A stretch of DNA of 64,000 bases, from NCBI RefSeq assembly GCF_000981445.1, contig NC_027218.1, forward strand, positions 248,001-312,000, given 5' to 3'. The DNA comes from Babesia bigemina (taxonomy: Eukaryota). Each line of letters opens with the position of its first letter. The first letter of the stretch is position 1. The translations under genes were made by a program, and so were the position numbers. This document shows positions 56,921 through 64,000 of the stretch, one piece after another. The notes below the pieces were generated by a model. The model made no database searches. It saw nothing but the letters and a program-made list of their open reading frames with translations, and was not told the DNA's origin.

Positions 56921-59413
56921 GTAGAGTCGCTGGGCGAGATATCGCCAGACCGCGGCAGGCGCAGCGCAGCACATGATATGACCTGGTGTCACCGTATAGC
57001 TGCCGTATATGACCCATCCACCGACACGCATCCGGGCAGTCCGGGAGCGCCGCTGCCGGCACGCCTGGGGAGCCGCCACGGCCAACTGCAGCTGCGGCTG
57101 TACGGCACGCCAGACACCGCCAGTGTCGCGCTGGTGCCACATTGGTGTAGTTACGTGCCTGTGTTGCCTCCCTATCCTAGCTCACATCCGCCCGTTGTGC
57201 CGGGCTCCGGTGCGTGAGGTCTGCGGGCGGGGTGCCCGGACTGGGGGCTTGGCAGTCGAGGCACCGGAGGGATGGCAGCTAGGGCACGGCAGTTAAGCAC
57301 TGCTGGCGGATGACCGCTTAGACCAGGTTTGGCGCAGTGCTGCGTGCTGTAGGCCGTGTCTGTCTGCCTCGCTCCACGCCCCCGGCGCCGCGCAGCCGCC
57401 GTGTCAGCAGCTACGGGGAGTGGCAGATACCACAACTCATTGCGCTACCGGCACTTAATAGCTATAAGACGTAGTATCGTACGCACTTTGACGTGGCTGT
57501 GATGGCCTGGCTCCCAACACCGTCACCCTGCCGCCACCGCCGCCACGCCTACACCGCTGCGGACGGGCTCTGAGGCAGGCGGGTCGCAGGCACTGGCGGT
57601 GGCACCAGGCGTCATCAGACGACGATAGCAATGACCGAGGCTGCCTGGCACCACACTTGCTGGCACTCGTCCAGCTGCTACCGGTGGATCCACCGCCGCC
57701 GGCACGCCTGGGGAGGGTCTGTGACGCCGGGTGGAGTCGCTGGGCGAGATATCGCCAGACCGCGGCAGGCGCAGCGCAGCACATGATGTGACCTGGTGTC
57801 GCGGTATGGCTGCTCTATATGTACCATCCACCGACACGCATCCGGGCAGTCCGGGAGCGCCGCTGCCGGCACGCCTGGTGAGCCGCCACGGCCAACTGCA
57901 GCTGCGGCTGTACGGCACGCCAGACACCGCCAGTGTCGCGCTGGTGCCACATTGGTGTGGTTACGTGCCTGTGTTGCCTCCATATCCTAGCCCACATCCG
58001 CCCGTTGTGCCGGGCTCCGGTGCGTGAGGCCTGCGGGCGGGGTGCTCGGACTGGGGGCTTGGCAGTCGAGGCACCGGAGGGATGGCAGCTAGGGCACGGC
58101 AGTGAAGCAGTGCTGGCAGATGACAGCTTAGACCAGGTTTGGCGCAGTGCTGCGTGCTGTAAGCCTCGTCTGGCTGCCTCGCTCCACGCCCCCGGCGCCG
58201 CGCAGCCGCCGTGTCAGCAGCACCGGGGTCTAGCAGATACCGCAACTCATTGCGCTGCCGGCACTTAATAGCTATAAGACGTAGTATGGTGCGCACTTCG
58301 ACGTGGCTGTGATGGCCTGGCTCGCAACACCCGTCACCCTGCCGCCACCGCCGCCACGCCTACACCGCTGCGGACGGCCTCTGAGGCAGGCGGGTCGTGG
58401 GCACTGGCGGTGGCACCAGGCGTCATGAGACGACGATAGCAATGACCGAGGCTGCCTGGCACCACACTTGCTATAATAACACTTGCTAGCACTCGTCCAG
58501 CTGCTACCTGTGGATCCACCGCCGCCGGCACGCCTGGTGAGGGTCTGTGACGCTGGGTGGAGTCACTGGGCGAGGCATCGCCAGACCGCGGCAGGCGCAG
58601 CGCAGCACATGATGTGACCCGGTGTCACCGTATAGCTGCTCTATATGTCCCATCCACCGACACGCATCCGGGCAGTCCGGGAGCGCCGCTGCCGGCACGC
58701 CTGCGGAGCCGCCACGGCCAACTGCAGCTGCGGCTGTACGGCACGCCAGACCGCGGCAGTGTCGCGCTGGTGCCACATTGGTGTAGTTACGTGCCTGTGT
58801 TGCCTCCCTACCCCAGCCCACATCCGCCCGTTGTGCCGGGCTCCGGTGCGTGAGGCCTGCGGGCGGGGTGCCCGGACTGGGGGCTTGGCAGTCGAGGCAC
58901 CGGAGGGATGGCAGCTAGGGCACGGCAGTGAAGCAGTGCTGGCAGATGACAGATTGGACCAGGTTTGGCGCAGTGCTGCGTGTTGTAAGCCTCGTCTGGC
59001 TGCCTCGCTCCACGCCCCCGGCGCCGCGCAGCCGCCGTGTCAGCAGCTACGGGGAGTGGCAGATACCACAACTCATTGCGCTGCCGGCACTTAATAGCTA
59101 TAAGACGTAGTATCGTACGCACGTTGACGTGGCTGTGATGGCCTGGCTCCCAACACCGTCACCCTGCCGCCACCGCCGCCACGCCTACACCGCTGCGGAC
59201 GGCCTCTGAGGCAGGCGGTCGCAGGCACTGGCGGTGGCACCAGGCGTCATAAGACGACGATACTGTCATCGGAGCTGCCTGGCACCACACTTGCTGAAAT
59301 AACACTTGCTGGCACTCGACCAGCTGCCACCGGTGGATCCACCGCCGCCGGCACGCCTGGTGAGGGTCTGTGGCGCCGGGTGGAGTCACTAGGTGAGACA
59401 TCGCCAGACCGCG
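56921..59413. repeat. GC-rich tandem array 1, about 3 units of 810-826 bp
   Basis: Marker cacttaatagctataagacgtagtat at 57452, 58262 and 59088. Confidence 0.95.
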
Positions 59414-59959
59414 TGAGCGAATCTTGATGGTAGTAATTATGTGGAGATATGCGGATCATCACACATGGTTGTGTGACGTTTATTCACTCGTGGGCATCTC
59501 CGGTTCAGGGCATAACGCAAAGGCATGTCAACTGCCGCGCCAATCCCGGCCTCTTTTCGCTAAAGCTTCGAAGGTGCAACTGTTACCCACTCACTGGTTC
59601 GCTGTATCAATGACGGAGTACCATATGGGTGCCGATCACACTCATCTCGAAACGGTCTGCCACATCTCTGGTATTCATCTCACCTGCCAGGCGCATTGGC
59701 TCTTCTACCCGGCGAATGGTTACATCGGTATTTTTACGACATTTGGCACAACTGCACGCGAAGTTACTTCCACGTGTCAAATATCATGCAAAAGCGTTAC
59801 GATAACACGGAACTGCTTAACCTGAGGCAGCTCTTCACATCCCAACTCTAATGGGATCCAACCCATGGTTGAGCTAATGGTTGCATAAAGCGCTTCTTCA
59901 TGTTGCATTGACCCCGTTTACAACGCCTGCAGATGCCACATGGCGAACGTCCTACTGAG

Positions 59960-61258
59960 GCATCCTGTCGCACTTCCTCACCCAGCCCATCAGGTTGCAG
60001 GCCGTGGATGAGCCCGGTGACGCCTGTTGAGGCGCTTCGCCGTTGTGAGTATGCTTAGACGTGCCCGTGCAGAGCATATAGTGTATTGCGCGGCGAATAC
60101 ACAGGGCGTGGAAGGAATGTATCCCGCTCGCTTTTTTATTGATTGTCCCGCGGCGGCCGCTGTCGGCGTGGCGGCCCATCCACTTTGGTGGAGTACCTGC
60201 ATTCCACTGGCAGATTTAATTTGGTGCTCTTAGTCGCGTGTCAGGCGCATCGCCAAGGTTTCTAAATGTGAGCAGCGGTATTGGGTGATGTGGCACACCT
60301 CCCTCGATCCGGCAGGTGCGATGAGCAACAGGGGATGCTGCCGTGTGGCTCCAACTTAGGATGTTACACGGCCCCATTGACAACCGTGTTAGTTGCAGAC
60401 ACATATGATAACAGTACGATGCGTTGTTGACTTGGCTACCGCAATTATTACCACCAGCCCAAGGTACACTTGCACTGGTACCAAAAGGCAGGTCCTCATC
60501 AACAAGCGAAACCAATTTATTCGCATCATTCACCGAAGTGTCATCGTATATGAGCTAATCAATACTGTGAGTCGTAGTTCTCGATTTGGATGGTGGAGCG
60601 AGTGACACCCTTGACAGTGACGCATCGGCATTCAAGCGACGGCGAGTGGCGCAGGGTCTCTCCGGGTCCTAAACGGTCGGCGTTGACGTTCAGTGTGACA
60701 AAGTGATTAGTGCGCAAAGCTACCAACGAATAGCTGAGACCGGCTAGGTGCTTCACTTTGCCGTTCACGGAGACCTGGTCGAAGCAGTTGGGCGGGTCCA
60801 GCACGTAAGGAGCCGGGCACTAGAAGGCCGCATTGCCCGCAGCATGGAGGCCTATCTTGCAACCAATTCCTCTGCCGTAGGCGTCGTAGACACTGGTCGT
60901 CTCAGGCTTGAAAAGCTCAGTGGATGCGTATGCAACACCGCAGCCTTGTAGGCAGGGGTCCGTGGTCTCGGCGTGAACTTCCACGACGTCCCCAGTGTAT
61001 TGCTTAGTAGTTGTTACGGTATGATGATTCGTTGAGGTAATCTACGGTATGAGAGATCCGCTAGTCGACACGTTGCCAATTGATACCTTGTCTAATGTGT
61101 GAGATGGTGGACAGGGACAGAAGTCATCGCGCGACCATGAGTGCTGCTCTCACCCAAGCTGGGTGGTAGCACAAATGACAAAAACGGCATTCAGAAACAG
61201 TACGCCGTGGAATCGGCAGCCTAATCATGCATTAATTAAAGTCGTTCTCTGACACCAA
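59960..61258. repeat. 1.3 kb segmental duplication, copy 2
   Basis: Matches 55622-56920. Confidence 0.95.
60559..61188 (-). pseudogene. 6-Cys (s48/45-like) gene 3' fragment, pseudogene copy 2
   Basis: Same translation as copy 1, with the same TAG at 60820-60822. Confidence 0.75.
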
Positions 61259-64000
61259 GTAGAGTCGCTGGGCGAGATATCGCCAGACCGCGGCAGGCGC
61301 AGCGCAGCACATGATATGACCTGGTGTCACCGTATAGCTGCCGTATATGACCCATCCACCGACACGCATCCGGGCAGTCCGGGAGCGCCGCCGCCGGCAC
61401 GCCTGGGGAGGGTCTGTGACGCCGGGTGGAGTCGCTGGGCGAGATATCGCCAGACCGCGGCAGGCGCAGCGCAGCACATGATGTGACCCGGTGTCACCGT
61501 ATAGCTGCTCTATATGTACCATCCACCGACACGCATCCGGGCAGTCCGGGAGCGCCGCTGCCGGCACGCCTGGGGAGCCGCCACGGCCAACTGCAGCTGC
61601 GGCTGTACGGCACGCCAGACACCGCCAGTGTCGCGCTGGTGCCACATTGGTGTGGTTACGTGCCTGTGTTGCCTCCCTATCCTAGCTCACATCCGCCCGT
61701 TGTGCCGGGCTCCGGTGCGTGAGGTCTGCGGGCGGGGTGCCCGGACTGGGGGCTTGGCAGTCGAGGCACCGGAGGGATGGCAGCTAGGGCACGGCAGTGA
61801 AGCAGTGCTGGCAGATGACAGATTGGACCAGGTTTGGCGCAGTGCTGTGTGTTGTAAGCCTCGTCTGGCTGCCTCGCTCCACGCCCCCGGCGCCGCGCAG
61901 CCGCCGTGTCAGCAGCTACGGGGAGTGGCAGATACCACAACTAACCCCGCTACCGGCACTTAATAGCTATAAGACGTAGTATCGTACGCACGTTGACGTG
62001 GCTGTGATGGCCTGGCTCCCAACACCGTCACCCTGCCGCCACCGCCGCCACGCCTACACCGCTGCGGACGGCCTCTGAGGCAGGCGGGTCGCAGGCACTG
62101 GCGGTGGCACCAGGCGTCATGAGACGATACCTGTGACCGAGGCTGCCTGGCACCACACTTGCTGAAATAACACTTGCTGGCACTCGACCAGCTGCTACCT
62201 GTGGATCCACCGCCGCCGGCACGCCTGGGGAGGGTCTGTGGCGCCGGGTGGAGTCACTGGGCGAGGCATCGCCAGACCGCGGCAGGCGCAGCGCAGCACC
62301 TGATGTGACCTGGTGTCGCGGTATGGCTGCTCTATATGTACCATCCACCGACACGCATCCGGGCAGTCCGGGAGCGCCGCTGCCGGCACGCCTGGGGAGC
62401 CGCCACGGCCAACTGCAGCTGCGGCTGTACGGCACGCCAGACACCGCCAGTGTCGCGCTGGTGCCACATTGGTGTGGTTACGTGCCTGTGTTGCCTCCCT
62501 ACCCCAGCCCACATCCGCCCGTTGTGCCGGGCTCCGGTGCGTGAGGCCTGCGGGCGGGGTGCCCGGACTGGGGGCTTGGCAGTCGAGGCACCGGAGGGAT
62601 GGCAGCTAGGGCACGGCAGTGAAGCAGTGCTGGCAGATGACAGATTGGACCAGGTTTGGCGCAGTGCTGCGTGTTGTAAGCCTCGTCTGGCTGCCTCGCT
62701 CCACGCCCCCGGCGCCGCGCAGCCGCCGTGTCAGCAGCTACGGGGAGTGGCAGATACCACAACTCATTGCGCTGCCGGCACTTAATAGCTATAAGACGTA
62801 GTATGGTGCGCACTTCGACGTGGCTGTGATGGCCTGGCTCGCAACACCCGTCACCTTGCCGCCACCGCCGCCACGCCTACACCGCTGCGGACGGCCTCTG
62901 AGGCAGGCGGGTCGCGGGCACTGGCGGTGGCACCAGGCGTCATGAGACGACGATACGTGTGACCGAGGCTGTCTGGCACCACACTTGCTATAATAACACT
63001 TGCTAGCACTCGTCCAGCTGCTACCTGTGGATCCACCGCCGCCGGCACGCCTGGTGAGGGTCTGTGACGCTGGGTGGAGTCACTGGGCGAGGCATCGCCA
63101 GACCGCGGCAGTGTCGCCTTGGTGCCACATTGGTGTGGTTACGTGCCCATCTTGCCTCCTACCCCAGCCCACATCCGCCCGTTGTGCCGGGCTCCGGTGC
63201 GTGACGCCTGCGGGCGGGGTGCCCGGACTGGGGGCGTGGCAGTCGAGGCACCGGAGGTATGGCAGCTTGGGCGCCGCAGTGAAGCACTGCTGGCAGATGA
63301 CAGATTGGACCAGGTTTGGCGCAGTGCTGCGTGTTGTAAGCCTTGTCTGGCTGCCTCGCTCCACGCCCCCGGCGCCGCGCAGCCGCCGTGTCAGCAGCTA
63401 CGGGGAGTGGCAGATACCACAACTCATTGCGCTGCCGGCACTTAATAGCTATAAGACGTAGTATCGTACGCACGTTGACGTGGCTGTGATGGCCTGGCTC
63501 CCAACACCCGTCACCCTGCCGCCACCGCCGCCACGCCTACACCGCTGCGGACGGCCTCTGAGGCAGGCGGGTCGTGGGCACTGGCGGTGGCACCAGGCGT
63601 CATGAGACGACGATACGTGTGACCGAGGCTGTCTGGCACCACACTTGCTGAAATAACACTTGCTGGCACTCGTCCAGCTGCTACCGGTGGATCCACCGCC
63701 GCCGGCACGCCTGGTGAGGGTCTGTGACGCTGGGTGGAGTCACTGGGCGAGGCATCGCCAGACCGCGGCAGGCGCAGCGCAGCACCTGATGTGACCCGGT
63801 GTCACCGTATAGCTGCTCTATATGTCCCATCCACCGACACGCATCCGGGCAGTCCGGGAGCGGCGCTGCCGGCACGCCTGCGGAGCCGCCACGGCCAACT
63901 GCAGCTGCGGCTGTACGGCACGCCAGACACCGCCAGTGTCGCGCTGGTGCCACATTGGTGTGGTTACGTGCCTGTGTTGCCTCCCTATCCTAGCTCACAT
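61259..64000. repeat. GC-rich tandem array 2 (more than 3 units, truncated by window end)
   Basis: Marker at 61957, 62779 and 63439 (periods 822 and 660). Confidence 0.95.

Noticed and set aside
57452..57486. Intron-like minus-strand segment in each satellite unit (gtgcgt...ttaag) and a possible ribozyme core
   Set aside because: I could not derive a coherent spliced ORF from it, and I found no complete CUGANGA/GAAA hammerhead core.
59424..59825. 133-aa ORF in the spacer between the duplicated cassettes
   Set aside because: No recognisable homology in any frame, and it does not visibly continue the 6-Cys fragment.
56894..63993. Many repeated 60-150 aa ORFs inside the GC-rich arrays (e.g. 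MESLGE...PGSGA)
   Set aside because: Several start at GTG/TTG rather than ATG, they are open in multiple frames because high GC gives few stops, and they are broken by indels between units. No protein motif is recognisable.
56921..64000. CRISPR array, LTR element or rDNA explanation for the repeats
   Set aside because: No short repeat/unique spacer pattern, no cas, RT or transposase ORF, no terminal repeats or target-site duplication, and no rRNA signatures.
1..64000. tRNA, snRNA or telomeric repeat tracts
   Set aside because: None recognised by eye; tRNAscan-SE or Infernal would be needed to exclude them.

Overview
Gene-dense eukaryotic DNA from a piroplasm, very probably Babesia sensu stricto. 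Support: many 33-40 nt GT-AG introns, a P4-ATPase/guanylate cyclase fusion, an apicoplast-type leader, and ves-like and 6-Cys-like remnants. Positions 1-53,000 are a compact core region of about 25 genes: cathepsin C/DPAP, an EF-hand protein, RBM22, BUD13, SRP receptor beta, an ABCB half-transporter, ATP11, a YqgF-like nuclease, a Nup159/214-like protein, adrenodoxin reductase, a TRAPPC10-like protein, mitochondrial S14, PP2C, PIG-F, the PP2A catalytic subunit, Urm1, guanylate cyclase and an ELMO-domain protein. Several same-strand neighbours abut or overlap in an operon-like way. After about 53.7 kb the sequence looks subtelomeric: a full-length ves-related pseudogene, then a duplicated cassette (offset 4,338 bp) made of a 1.3 kb block carrying a 6-Cys pseudogene fragment plus a GC-rich tandem array of ~810-826 bp units that appear to be built from degenerate ~165 bp monomers. 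The second array runs off the end of the window. Family assignments come from motif recognition by eye and from memory of the families; no database search was run.
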